Part shown: positions 9,418-19,215 of the stretch, piece by piece
Numbering within the stretch: the stretch's first letter is position 1
Layout of the letters: each line of letters starts with the position of its first letter
Source: an uncultured Verrucomicrobiota bacterium
GTDB taxonomy: Bacteria > Verrucomicrobiota > Kiritimatiellia > CAIKKV01
Reading direction: 5' to 3'
DNA: 44,591 bases
Assembly: GCA_964481675.1 (NCBI GenBank)
Contig: CAYZVY010000006.1
Location: 1-44,591, forward strand
Program-made: the position numbers and the translations under genes
Notes under the pieces: model-generated
Seen by the model: only the letters and a program-made list of their open reading frames with translations
Databases searched by the model: none
What the model was told of the DNA's origin: nothing

Positions 9418-12267
9418 ATGGGAAAGAGCCTCGTTTTCACAGGCTGGGAGCGCCCGGTGATTCATGCGATCGCCGACTGGCTGCTGCCCGCCATTCCGGA
9501 CGATCCGCCCGATTTTTCCCGTACGCTGATCCTGGTTCCCACGCGCCAGGCCGGCCGCCGGCTGCGCCAGGAGCTCGCCCGCCGCTGTTCCGAAGGCAAC
9601 ACTGGCCTGCTGGGCCTGCACGTCGCAACCCCCGCCGCCCTGTTGGAAGGCGGCGGCGCCCTGCCGGACGCCTCGCCGATGCTGATACAGGCCATCTGGA
9701 TGCTGGTCCTGAAAGCCGCCGCCATCGATGCCTTCCCCGCCCTGCTCCCGGTGAAACTGTCGGATCGCTCGACCCGCTGGGCGCTCCAGACCGGCGCCCT
9801 GCTCCAGCGTCTCCGTGAACAGCTAGCCGAAAGCGGGCTGGGCATTGCCGACGTTCCCGCCAAGGCGGGCGACCGGCTGGCCGAACCGGAGCGCTGGCTC
9901 GACCTGTCCCGTCTCGAAGCCGGCTACCTGGCCGCGCTGACGACCACCGGCTTCGGCGATCCCTGCGTCCGCAAACGCGGACTTCCGGCGGCGGCCATCC
10001 CACCGCCCGGCATCGATACCCTCGTGCTGGCCGGAGTCCCGGATCCCCCCGACTTGGTTGTTGATCTGCTGGAGCGCCTGAAGGACCATCTGGAAATCAA
10101 GGTTCTCGTCCATGCCCCCGCCTCCGAGGCCGTCCTCTTCGACGACTGGGGCCGCCCCTCATCCGAGGCCTGGTCTTCCCGGATCGTGACCATACCCGAC
10201 GAAACGCAAACGCTGCTGCTGGCGGCCGACCCCGATGATCAGGCCCGGCGCGTTCTGGCCGAACTGGACGCCGCCTCGGGCGCCTATGGCGCGTCCGACA
10301 TCGCCATCGGCGTTCCGGATGCCGAAGTAGCCGCCGCCCTCTCCCAGGACCTTTCGGAACGGGGCGTCAAGGCCTTTGATCCTGCCGAGCCCCCCCTGTC
10401 GCGCCATCCCGTTGCCCGGCTCATGGTCCTCCTCCAGGCCCTCGCCACCGCGCCGGTTTACCGGGTCGTGGCCGACCTTCTCCGCCACGAGGATGTGCTG
10501 CGCGTCATGGCGGACCGCCACCGGCTCCCCCCTTCTTCCCTGTTGACCGAATTGGACATCTACCAGAACGGCTTCATGCCGCGCGATCTGAATGATTTCA
10601 TTGACGCGCGGCTCAACGGAACGGATTCCATCCCCGATCGGCATCGCGAGGTGTTTCCCCATCTCCTGCAGGCCATCAAGCTGGTGCGTAACTGGCGCGC
10701 GCTCCTGACGGATACGCCCTCGCCCGCGGAGGGCATGCGCCTGGCGCTTCAGGCCATTTACAACCGCCGCATGCTGTCCGATGATCGGCCCCAGGATCGC
10801 GAATTCACCGCCGCAGCGACGAAAATCAACGACGCCCTGTCGCAGTTGGAAGAGGTCCTGTCGCAAACCGGCCGCCTTCAGCGGGACGAAGCGCTGGAAC
10901 TGCTGACCCTCAGCCTCTCCACCCTGATGCTGGCCATCGAACGCGAAACGGCCGACATGGATCTGGAAGGCTGGCTGGAGCTGCCCTGGAATCCCGCGCC
11001 CTTCCTGCTGGTCACCGGCCTCAACGAAGGCCGCGTGCCCGACAGCCGCATGGGCGACGTGTTCCTGCCCGACTCCCTGCGCGCCAGCCTGGGCCTTAGG
11101 CACGACAGCCGCCGGTTTGCCCGCGACCTTTTCCTGCTCCAGACCCTCATCGAATCGCGAAGGCAAAAGGGGGCGATCCGCCTCCTGTGTGGCAAGACCA
11201 GCTCGGCCGGCGATCCGCTCAAGCCCTCCCGCCTCCTGTTCCAGTGCGCCGACGACGATCTTCCGGCCCGGGCCGCGCGCCTCTTCGAGGAACTGCCCAA
11301 TACGGCCACCATGGAGCCGGCGTCCATCAGCTTCAAGCTGGACCCCGCCGTGCCCGGCCTGCCGGCCCGCTGGCGGCCGGACAAGACCATCAGCGTAACC
11401 GCCTTTCGCAACTACCTGGAGTGCCCGTTCCGCTTTTACCTCCGCCACCTGCTGGATATGGAGGCGATGGACGATCTCAAGACCGAAACCGACAGCATGG
11501 AGTTCGGCCAATTGGTGCATTTTGCGCTCCAGCAGCTTTACCAGAATGAAGCGTTGCGAGCCTGCGCCGATGAAAACCGGCTGAGAAAGGCGCTCGTGGA
11601 TGCGGCCGACCAGTGGATGCGCGGCCGCTATGGTGGCGTCTGGTCCCTTCCCCAGCGCATCGTCTTCGAGGCGGCCTGCAACCGGCTGGCGGCGGCGGCG
11701 AAGCGGCAGGCGGCCGAGGCGGCCAACGGCTGGACCGTGCTGGCCGCGGAAATCACCGGTAAGATCAAGCTGGGCGGACTCACGATCAAGGGCAAGATCG
11801 ACCGGGTCGACTATCACCCCGGCACCGACACCATCCGCATTCTCGACTACAAGACATCCGCCCGCGGAAAAACCTGCCAGGAAACACACCTGGCGGCCGC
11901 CCGCGAAACCTCGCCCGCGACGACCTGCCTTGAGGTCGAGGGCAAGCGGCGCCAGTGGATCGACCTCCAGCTTCCGCTCTATGCCCTCATGTGGCAGGCG
12001 GAACCGCTGAAGCCGGCCGCCAAACTCCAGCTCGGGTATTTCCTGCTTCCCCCTGCTCTGGACGATACCCGCGTCCAGGTCTGGGACGACCTGACCGCCG
12101 ACATGCTCGACTCGGCCCGCCGCTGCGCTGAAGGCGTCTGCCAATCCGTCGTCAGAGGTGATTTCTGGCCGCCCGCGAGCCGCGTGAATTTCGACGATTT
12201 CCGCGTTGCCCTGGGCGGCGATCTCCTCGACATCTTCAATCCGCTTGCTCCGGGAGGCGCGTCATGA
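9418..12267 (+). CDS. addB: AddB-like subunit (inactive helicase fold plus PD-(D/E)XK nuclease)
   Basis: LVPTRQAGRRLR, GLNEG..P, SVT....YLECPFRFY, GKIDRVD, ILDYKT, DLQLPLY. ATGA overlap with the downstream helicase. Confidence 0.85.
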   Translation: MGKSLVFTGWERPVIHAIADWLLPAIPDDPPDFSRTLILVPTRQAGRRLRQELARRCSEGNTGLLGLHVATPAALLEGGGALPDASPMLIQAIWMLVLKAAAIDAFPALLPVKLSDRSTRWALQTGALLQRLREQLAESGLGIADVPAKAGDRLAEPERWLDLSRLEAGYLAALTTTGFGDPCVRKRGLPAAAIPPPGIDTLVLAGVPDPPDLVVDLLERLKDHLEIKVLVHAPASEAVLFDDWGRPSSEAWSSRIVTIPDETQTLLLAADPDDQARRVLAELDAASGAYGASDIAIGVPDAEVAAALSQDLSERGVKAFDPAEPPLSRHPVARLMVLLQALATAPVYRVVADLLRHEDVLRVMADRHRLPPSSLLTELDIYQNGFMPRDLNDFIDARLNGTDSIPDRHREVFPHLLQAIKLVRNWRALLTDTPSPAEGMRLALQAIYNRRMLSDDRPQDREFTAAATKINDALSQLEEVLSQTGRLQRDEALELLTLSLSTLMLAIERETADMDLEGWLELPWNPAPFLLVTGLNEGRVPDSRMGDVFLPDSLRASLGLRHDSRRFARDLFLLQTLIESRRQKGAIRLLCGKTSSAGDPLKPSRLLFQCADDDLPARAARLFEELPNTATMEPASISFKLDPAVPGLPARWRPDKTISVTAFRNYLECPFRFYLRHLLDMEAMDDLKTETDSMEFGQLVHFALQQLYQNEALRACADENRLRKALVDAADQWMRGRYGGVWSLPQRIVFEAACNRLAAAAKRQAAEAANGWTVLAAEITGKIKLGGLTIKGKIDRVDYHPGTDTIRILDYKTSARGKTCQETHLAAARETSPATTCLEVEGKRRQWIDLQLPLYALMWQAEPLKPAAKLQLGYFLLPPALDDTRVQVWDDLTADMLDSARRCAEGVCQSVVRGDFWPPASRVNFDDFRVALGGDLLDIFNPLAPGGAS

Positions 12268-15200
12268 CCATGCGCCCCACCGGCCCCCTGACCCACCTGG
12301 CCATCCTGGCATCCGCCGGAACCGGCAAGACCCATGCCCTGGCCCACCGCTACATCGGGCTGCTCGGCCGCGGCGTCGATGCCGACCGCATCTGCGCCCT
12401 GACCTTTTCCCGCAAGGCCGCCACGGAAATATTCGACAGCATCGTGGCCGCCCTGGTGAAGGCCGCCCAGTCCCCCCGGAACGCCCGCAACACCGGCACG
12501 CAGGCGGGTCTGGAGGGCATGAGTCAGGCCGACACGATCGGCCTGCTGCGGAATCTCGTCTCGCGGCTCCATCGCGTGCAGATCGGGACGCTCGACAGCT
12601 TCATCGTCAGCGTCTTGCGCGCCTTCTCGGCCGAGCTGGGCGTGCCGTCCGATTTCGCGCTGCTGAACGGCGGCAGCGTGGAGGCCCGCCAGCTGACCCA
12701 GGAGTCGCTCGCGTTCCTGCTGGCGCCGTCCCGCACACACGCGGAGCACCGGGAGACGTTTTTCAACGCATTCAAGAAGGCCACCTATGGCCGCGAGGAA
12801 AAGGGGTTCAGCGACACCTTTTTCGACACGCTCGAATCGTGCCTGGGGCTGTACCGGCGCCATCCCGATCCGGCCATCTGGGGAGCGCCCGAACGGATCT
12901 GGAAGCGCGGCGGCTGGCTGGCGGAAAAGCAGGATCTGGCGAAGGCGCTTCAGCGCGTCCGCGACTTCACCTGCAAGCCCGACGATGTTCGGGCCACGCT
13001 CATCGAGTGCATGGAGACCGCGGCGATCTTCCAGCCGTTCAATGCCTGGAACACCAAAAGCTTCGATTCCACGATCATGAAGCGGTTGTTCGATCAGATG
13101 GCCGAGTTGGATGGCGGCTGCCAGTTCAAATACGGATCCAAACTCATCGACATCGACCCGGAAACCGGCAAGGCCATCCACCTGATCCTGAGCCACCTGG
13201 TCCGCCAGGAGATTATCCGGGCACTCCAGCAGACCCAGGGGCTCGGCAGCATGCTGCACCAGTTCCATGCCCTTTACGACGAGACCATCCGCCGCCGCGG
13301 GGCGTTCACGTTCAACGACGCGCAGTACCTGCTCACCCCCCGCAATCCCCTGAGCGCCGGGCCGATCAGCCGGCTGTCCGGGGAAGCCGATCGCCTGTAT
13401 ATCGACTTCCGGCTCGATTCGCGGCTCGATCACTGGCTGCTCGACGAGTTCCAGGACACGAGCGACCTGCAGTGGGAAACGCTCGACAACCTGGCCGACG
13501 AGATCATCCAGGACGCCGGCGGCGACCGGTCCTTTTTCCTGGTCGGTGACGTCAAGCAGGCCATCCACGGCTGGCGTGGTGGCAACGCCAAGCTGTTTAC
13601 CGACCTGCTGACCCGGTACGGCGCCGGGATCAAGCAGGAAACGCTCAGCGAGTCGTATCGCTCCACCAAGCCGGTACTGTCATTCGTCAACCGCCTCTTC
13701 TCGGACCTCGACGGGATGGATATCCCGAAAGACGCCGTGACGAACTGGAAGAAGCTCTGGCAGCCGCACGTCAGCCGCGTGGACAAACCGGGCTGCGCCG
13801 CCTGGGTGGAGCCGATGGGTGAACCCGGCGAAGGGCTCGAGGACGACTCCGTTTACACGGCCGCAGCCGCCCTGATCCGGGAGCTGAATCCCGTGGCGCG
13901 CGGGCTGACCACCGCGGTCCTGCTCCCGACCAATGCGGAGTGCACCAAGGCGGCCGATGCGTTACGCCACGCGTTGGCGGACGATCATATTCCGGTGGTT
14001 AACGAAGGCGCCGCCGGTCTGGCGGACAACCCGGTCGTGGCGCTGATGCAGTCGCTGCTGAAAACAGCCAGCCACCCGGGCGATACGCTGGCCTCCATCC
14101 ATCTGCGGATGAGTCCGCTGAGGAAACAGATCGATGAAGCGGGCGACCGCCTGCCCCTGCTCCTCCTGGAACAGATCCAGAACGAGGGCTTTGCCGCGCT
14201 GATCCGCGCCTGGGCGGAACGGCTGGAAGCGGCCGCCGGCCCGCTGGATGCCTTCGGCGCGAAGCGGCTGCGCGATCTGCTGAGCCTGGCGGCGACGGCC
14301 GATGCGGCCGGCATCCGCGATCCGGACGAATTGATCGCGCAGATCGAAACCGAGGAACTGCGCGAGCAGACCGCGGGCGGCGCGGTCCGGATCATGACCA
14401 TCCACCAGTCCAAGGGGCTGGGCTTCGATGCCGTCCTGGTGCCGCTGCTGCAGGACAAGGATCTTCGGGGCGTCGGCCAGCTTGACCTGGTTTCCGGGGT
14501 GACGGACGACCAGGACTGGATACTGAAAATGCCCCGGCAGGTCATCTGCAAAGCCGACCCCGTGCTGAGCAAGCGGTTCGATCAGGCGGCGTCGGAAAAC
14601 ACCTTCGCCAACCTGTGCGTGCTGTATGTGGCCATGACCCGCGCCAAGCAGGGCCTCTACGCCATCACCGGCTACGGCCGCAAAAAGCGGGCGGCGGGCC
14701 GGAGCCTGTCCGGCGGCATCTTCCTGTCCCGGCGGCTGCTGGATACGGACAAGCCCGAGGGCGTGGAAGGCGACAGGCGCATGGCCGGCGGCGTTTCCCT
14801 GCGCGTACTGGTCGAGGAAGGCGACTGGGACTGGCCGGCTTCCGTTCCGGCTGCCGACCCACCCAAAGAGACGGCTCGGCCGGAGAAGGCCTTCCCGGCC
14901 CGCCCCGGCGCGCTGCCCCGCCTGTCGCGGGTCGAGCCGTCGCGCGGCGGCGAGGAAGCCCGCCAGGCCGACTGGCTGTTCAAGCCGGAGTCGCGCGGCG
15001 TGCTCGATTTCGGCTCGCTCATCCACGGCTACCTGGCGGCCGTGGAGTGGGCCGGGGAGGCCGATGTGGACGCCATTCTCCGGACCGTCAAGCCCGACCA
15101 TCCCGTGGATGAGTCAGTCCGCGCCGACGTGGAAGCGCAGTTCCGGCGGATGATGGCGGCGCCGGAGGTGCGGAGGGTCCTGGCCCGGCCCGCGGGCGCG

Positions 15201-15503
15201 GTCAAACTGTGGCGGGAAATGCGGTTCGAGCTGGTCGACGGGACCGCCTGGATCAGTGGCGCCTTCGACCGCGTAACGGTGTTCCTCGATGCCGCGGGCA
15301 AGCCGGCCCGCGCCCACCTGATGGATTTCAAGAGCAGCCGCATCAAGACCGACGCCGACATGGCCGAAACGGCCGAAAACTACCGTCACCAGCTGGCGCT
15401 CTACCGCCGCGCCCTGTCCCGGATTTTGAAAATCGGCGAAGCCGCCATCGACATGCAGATCCTCTTCACGCGCGTGGCGAAAATTTTCGTGCTTCCCCAA
15501 TAG
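12264..15503 (+). CDS. addA: AddA-like UvrD-family helicase/nuclease
   Basis: Walker A ASAGTGKT, LTFSRKAA, TLDSF, DEFQDT, VGDVKQAIHGWRG, SYRS, MTIHQSKGLGFD, YVAMTRA. C-terminal nuclease GAFDR..MDFKS..QLALY. Confidence 0.9.
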   Translation: MTMRPTGPLTHLAILASAGTGKTHALAHRYIGLLGRGVDADRICALTFSRKAATEIFDSIVAALVKAAQSPRNARNTGTQAGLEGMSQADTIGLLRNLVSRLHRVQIGTLDSFIVSVLRAFSAELGVPSDFALLNGGSVEARQLTQESLAFLLAPSRTHAEHRETFFNAFKKATYGREEKGFSDTFFDTLESCLGLYRRHPDPAIWGAPERIWKRGGWLAEKQDLAKALQRVRDFTCKPDDVRATLIECMETAAIFQPFNAWNTKSFDSTIMKRLFDQMAELDGGCQFKYGSKLIDIDPETGKAIHLILSHLVRQEIIRALQQTQGLGSMLHQFHALYDETIRRRGAFTFNDAQYLLTPRNPLSAGPISRLSGEADRLYIDFRLDSRLDHWLLDEFQDTSDLQWETLDNLADEIIQDAGGDRSFFLVGDVKQAIHGWRGGNAKLFTDLLTRYGAGIKQETLSESYRSTKPVLSFVNRLFSDLDGMDIPKDAVTNWKKLWQPHVSRVDKPGCAAWVEPMGEPGEGLEDDSVYTAAAALIRELNPVARGLTTAVLLPTNAECTKAADALRHALADDHIPVVNEGAAGLADNPVVALMQSLLKTASHPGDTLASIHLRMSPLRKQIDEAGDRLPLLLLEQIQNEGFAALIRAWAERLEAAAGPLDAFGAKRLRDLLSLAATADAAGIRDPDELIAQIETEELREQTAGGAVRIMTIHQSKGLGFDAVLVPLLQDKDLRGVGQLDLVSGVTDDQDWILKMPRQVICKADPVLSKRFDQAASENTFANLCVLYVAMTRAKQGLYAITGYGRKKRAAGRSLSGGIFLSRRLLDTDKPEGVEGDRRMAGGVSLRVLVEEGDWDWPASVPAADPPKETARPEKAFPARPGALPRLSRVEPSRGGEEARQADWLFKPESRGVLDFGSLIHGYLAAVEWAGEADVDAILRTVKPDHPVDESVRADVEAQFRRMMAAPEVRRVLARPAGAVKLWREMRFELVDGTAWISGAFDRVTVFLDAAGKPARAHLMDFKSSRIKTDADMAETAENYRHQLALYRRALSRILKIGEAAIDMQILFTRVAKIFVLPQ

Positions 15504-15527
15504 TTCCGCGCGTCCCTAGCGCTCCCT

Positions 15528-16439
15528 CTATTGAGTCGCCAGCCATTTCCCCAGGAAGGCAAAAATCTCGGCCCTCATCTCCGCGGTTTCAAAGTGGCCG
15601 ATTTCATAGCGGCGAAGCTGCCAGGCGTCAGGCCGGCCGGCTGCGTGATAGGCGGACGAAAGTGCGGCGTCGATGCGGTCCAGCCCGTGCGGCGGGGTAA
15701 GGCGGTCGTAGTTGCCGGCCAGGCTGAGGTGCGCCCGGGGCACGATCAGGCTGTTGATCTGGGCCGTCGAAAAGTGCTTCAGGAGCGCCGGTACATAGTA
15801 GTAAAGCCCATGGCCGTCGAGCCCCCGCGACTCGATGAGGGCCTGGAAATCCGTCAAACAGCAGATGTCGACGCAGGCCCTGATCCGCGTGTCCAGCGCC
15901 GCCACCCACCAGGCCATGGTGCTGCCCATGGAGATACCCATGGTGCCGATCCGGGTGGCGTCGACGTCCGGCCGGGAGATCAGGTAATCAACAGCCCGGA
16001 TGCTGTCGTAAACCATCATGCCCCACATCACGCGGCCATGCCAGAGCATATGCTTGAAGATTTCAGACTCAGAGCGCCCGCGCCGTTCCCCGAACGCCCA
16101 CGTGTCGATGCAGAGCGCCGCGAAGCCGGCGTCCGCAAGCGCCTTGGCGTAAGGCGGTTCCTGCAGGGCACCGCGACCGCGAACGAATTCTTCCTTGCCC
16201 AGCTCGTAGTTACCGCCGTGCGCATGGTTGTACAGCATGCAGGGAAACGGCCCGCTCCCCGCGGGATGTGCGAAGTAGGCCGGCACCCCCTCGATCCCGT
16301 TAAGGTCAAGTATCAGGCTTTCCAGCACGTAGCCGTCCCGCTCCGCCTGTTTGACACGCGTCGCCGATATCGGCCGATGCCGGTCGGGAAGATCACCGAG
16401 CAGGCCATATAGCTGCTGCCGCCTGGTTTCCGCATCCAT
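15528..16439 (-). CDS. alpha/beta hydrolase, dienelactone-hydrolase family (YtaP-like)
   Basis: GISMG nucleophile elbow, HAHGG, AVDYL.SRPDVD, C-terminal GH.E. Confidence 0.8.
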   Translation of the reverse strand: MDAETRRQQLYGLLGDLPDRHRPISATRVKQAERDGYVLESLILDLNGIEGVPAYFAHPAGSGPFPCMLYNHAHGGNYELGKEEFVRGRGALQEPPYAKALADAGFAALCIDTWAFGERRGRSESEIFKHMLWHGRVMWGMMVYDSIRAVDYLISRPDVDATRIGTMGISMGSTMAWWVAALDTRIRACVDICCLTDFQALIESRGLDGHGLYYYVPALLKHFSTAQINSLIVPRAHLSLAGNYDRLTPPHGLDRIDAALSSAYHAAGRPDAWQLRRYEIGHFETAEMRAEIFAFLGKWLATQ

Positions 16440-16475
16440 GGGACCGATCCCCTTCCGCCTGAATCCGTGGTTCGC

Positions 16476-17735
16476 TTACCCGGCTTCCTGCGCCACCCGC
16501 ATGGCCACCTTCTCCCACTCCCACAACCGCTTCGGCTGGTTGCGCAGGGTGGTGATGTCCTTGAGGATGATCTCGATCCCGCAGCCCTTGGCCTTGGCCA
16601 GCGCGTCCCCGATCACCTTGGCCTCGAACACGGGATCCCAGTGTTCCTGGGCCAGGTAGGACGGGTTGGGCTTGATCGAGAGCGCGTATTTCGTCCCCAG
16701 CTGTTCCGCGGCCGACCGGATATCCGCCCAGGGGCTGATGGAAATCTTACGCAAATTCTTAACCGTTTTCAGAATGCCGATCTTGGTGTGCAGCGGCTCG
16801 CAGCAGCCGTAATAGCTCAGGCCGAACCGCTCCATATAGGACTTCTCGTACTGCAGGCAGAATTCCCAATGCATGTCGGGCGACACGTCGGAGAAAATCT
16901 GGCCCGTCGAACAGCCCCACTGGTCGATCGGCCTGATATGGTCAGGATTCACATCCGGCTGCGGCAGTTCGTCCGTGCAGCCCAGCCCGCCCGACCCCAC
17001 CCGCCAGTTCCCGTTGCCGGTGGCCAGCAGGTTCAGCTTCTCCTGCTGGTCCAAGACCGCATTGACCGCCTTCCAGAAGCGGGTCAGCAGGCGGTGCACC
17101 AACTCGGGCCGGTCCGTCATGTCCAGGAACAGCCGCTCGATGCCGTACCAGTGAATCATCTGATCCCAGGCCGCCGCCCACTGCGTCACAATGCCGCGCG
17201 TGCGGCACGGGATGATGCCCTTGCACAGGTCCTGCAGCGTGGCCAGGTCCCGATGGGTCGCGTCCCAGTCGACCTTGACCTCGGGCGTGCGCAGCTTGTC
17301 CACGTCCGCTTCGGTATTGATGATCGGATTGAACATGGACGTGGCATGCGCGTCGCTGGTGCGGGTTTCATCGGCCTTGATCCCGTAATCGGCGTAGGTT
17401 GACGTGGGCGAACAGTGGATGGCGGTGGTCAGTTCCGGATCGAGGAACATATCGCCGGGAAAATGGCGCCACTGGTAGAGCGTCATCCGGAGGCGATCCT
17501 CCAATCCCCTGCTCCACTTGTCCGTTGTCTGGAGCGCCAACTCGGGCTCACTCTTGAATTCCCACCAGGGGATCTCGTTGATCCAGACCAGCGGGCGCAC
17601 GGGCTTCAGTCCGTTCAACTTGCGCCACAGCGCCTGCTTTTCGGCATGGATGGGCTTGGCGGCCTCGGCGGCATAGTCGCCGATCAGACGACGGAGGATG
17701 TCGCGGTCGGAAGAAGGAAGGGCGTGATCTTTCAT
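16476..17735 (-). CDS. uroporphyrinogen decarboxylase/MetE-like TIM-barrel hypothetical protein
   Basis: GIERLFLDM.DRPELVH, VSPDMHWEF, YYGCCEPLH, ISISPW and KPNP motifs of the UroD-like superfamily. Confidence 0.6.
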   Translation of the reverse strand: MKDHALPSSDRDILRRLIGDYAAEAAKPIHAEKQALWRKLNGLKPVRPLVWINEIPWWEFKSEPELALQTTDKWSRGLEDRLRMTLYQWRHFPGDMFLDPELTTAIHCSPTSTYADYGIKADETRTSDAHATSMFNPIINTEADVDKLRTPEVKVDWDATHRDLATLQDLCKGIIPCRTRGIVTQWAAAWDQMIHWYGIERLFLDMTDRPELVHRLLTRFWKAVNAVLDQQEKLNLLATGNGNWRVGSGGLGCTDELPQPDVNPDHIRPIDQWGCSTGQIFSDVSPDMHWEFCLQYEKSYMERFGLSYYGCCEPLHTKIGILKTVKNLRKISISPWADIRSAAEQLGTKYALSIKPNPSYLAQEHWDPVFEAKVIGDALAKAKGCGIEIILKDITTLRNQPKRLWEWEKVAMRVAQEAG

Positions 17736-17785
17736 CGTGCTCCTGCAGTTACATCCGGCTCCGAATACTTGTTTTGCGTGAAACC

Positions 17786-17825
17786 GGTAGGGCGCTCAGT
17801 CCCTTGAGCGCCGCCTCGCCCTACC
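17786..17825. repeat. GTAG-tagged REP-like palindrome (collapsed doublet)
   Basis: GGTAGGGCG...CGCCCTACC outer inverted repeat enclosing the GGCGCTCA-GTCCCT-TGAGCGCC hairpin; intergenic. Confidence 0.7.
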
Positions 17826-17834
17826 CGCTTCGCA

Positions 17835-19214
17835 TCACACCCAGGACGCGCCCTTCGCGTCTTCGGTGCAGAACGCGGAGAGCACCTTGTTGACGGCGGC
17901 TGCGAAGGCCTTGCAGTCGGCGGCGTTGAAGTGCATGTTGATGCCCAGCGACACCTCCCGCTCGTACAGGCTGATCGACACCGGGTTCTCCAGCGGATCA
18001 TAGGAGCGTGACTTCCCCTTGATCTGGTTGCGCGGGTCGTCATAAACGGAGCCGCCGGGAATGGAGCCGCACTTGAGCGTGACCGGGAACATGTCGCGCG
18101 ACAGGTGGAAGTCGGGTTTGCAGTTGCGGCCGCGGCAGTTGCCGCCAACCCCTTCCGCCCGCAGGGCCGTGGCGATCTGGACGCCCAGCTCCGGCGTGGC
18201 GGGGAAGAACCGCAGCATGTAGCCGATGTAGCCGGCCTTGTCATTGATCACCTGGGGCCGGATCTCCTTGAAGCGCTTCAGGCGGCTGCGCACGGCCAGG
18301 CTGGCCTTGCGATACAGGCGGCAATACTCTTTCATCTTGCGAAGCTGGACCAGGTTGATGGCGGATTCCATTTCGCTGAGCCGGTAGTTGGTTCCGGGGA
18401 ACAGCTCCCCTTCATAACGAGGCAAGGCGCAGCGCGACGGACGCCACAGCCCCCCGCCTTCGGCGAGTTGACGGCAGCGATCGTACAGGCGCTCATCCCT
18501 GGTCAGGATCAGGCCGGACTCGCCGCCGCCGATGATCTTGTAGGCCGAGATGCTGAAGCAGCCGATGTCGCCGATGGTGCCGATGTAGCGGCCCTTGTAG
18601 GTCGCCCCCGGCCCCTGGGCGCAATCCTCGATCACCTTCAGCTTATGCTTCTTCGCGATGGCCATGATGGGGTCCATGTCGGCCACGTTGCCCCAGTGGT
18701 GTGTCGGCGCCAGCGCCACGGTGCGCTTGGTGATCTTGGCGGCGATCTTGGTCGGATCCATCTGCAGCGACTCGTCGACATCCGAATAGACCGGAACGCC
18801 GCCGGCCAGGCAGACGGCCATGCTGGTGGCCAGGAACCCCATGGCGGGGCAGATCACTTCCGTGCCCGGCCCCACCCCGGCGGCCACAAAGGCGGCGTGC
18901 AGGGCTCCGGTGCCGGACGAAACGGGATAGGCGTAGGGAACGCCGAAAATCTCCTTCGCCAGGGCGATATACTGGTCCGCCGCGGCCGGCTTCGGAAAGG
19001 CGCTGTAGAACCAGGCCAGGTTCGGCCCGTCGCCCAGGAAGTCGTTGTTGGTGACCGCCTTCTGGATCCGGGCCAGCGCTTCGGGTTTGAACCCGAAACG
19101 GGTGGCAATCGCCATGAACTCTTCGACGCCAAGCTTGGGTTCCGACTTGCCGGCCATGCCGGAAAAAGCCTTGGTCCCGCCGTTAACCGCCAACTTCTTG
19201 GAATCCGTCTTCAT
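17835..19214 (-). CDS. DegT/DnrJ/EryC1/StrS family PLP-dependent sugar aminotransferase
   Basis: SSGTGALH, GPGTEVI.P, IEDCAQ, GDIGCFS...YK (PLP lysine), NYRLSE. Start set to ATG 19214, 1 nt after the GH4 stop. Confidence 0.88.
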   Translation of the reverse strand: MKTDSKKLAVNGGTKAFSGMAGKSEPKLGVEEFMAIATRFGFKPEALARIQKAVTNNDFLGDGPNLAWFYSAFPKPAAADQYIALAKEIFGVPYAYPVSSGTGALHAAFVAAGVGPGTEVICPAMGFLATSMAVCLAGGVPVYSDVDESLQMDPTKIAAKITKRTVALAPTHHWGNVADMDPIMAIAKKHKLKVIEDCAQGPGATYKGRYIGTIGDIGCFSISAYKIIGGGESGLILTRDERLYDRCRQLAEGGGLWRPSRCALPRYEGELFPGTNYRLSEMESAINLVQLRKMKEYCRLYRKASLAVRSRLKRFKEIRPQVINDKAGYIGYMLRFFPATPELGVQIATALRAEGVGGNCRGRNCKPDFHLSRDMFPVTLKCGSIPGGSVYDDPRNQIKGKSRSYDPLENPVSISLYEREVSLGINMHFNAADCKAFAAAVNKVLSAFCTEDAKGASWV

Positions 19215-19215
19215 T

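Noticed and set aside
10159-13568. Long minus-strand ORFs (661 aa and 529 aa)
   Set aside because: Antisense shadows of addB and addA
9418-15503. Helicase plus nuclease pair as a novel anti-phage defence system
   Set aside because: Gene order, sizes and motifs match housekeeping AddB-AddA recombination repair, with no defence-island context
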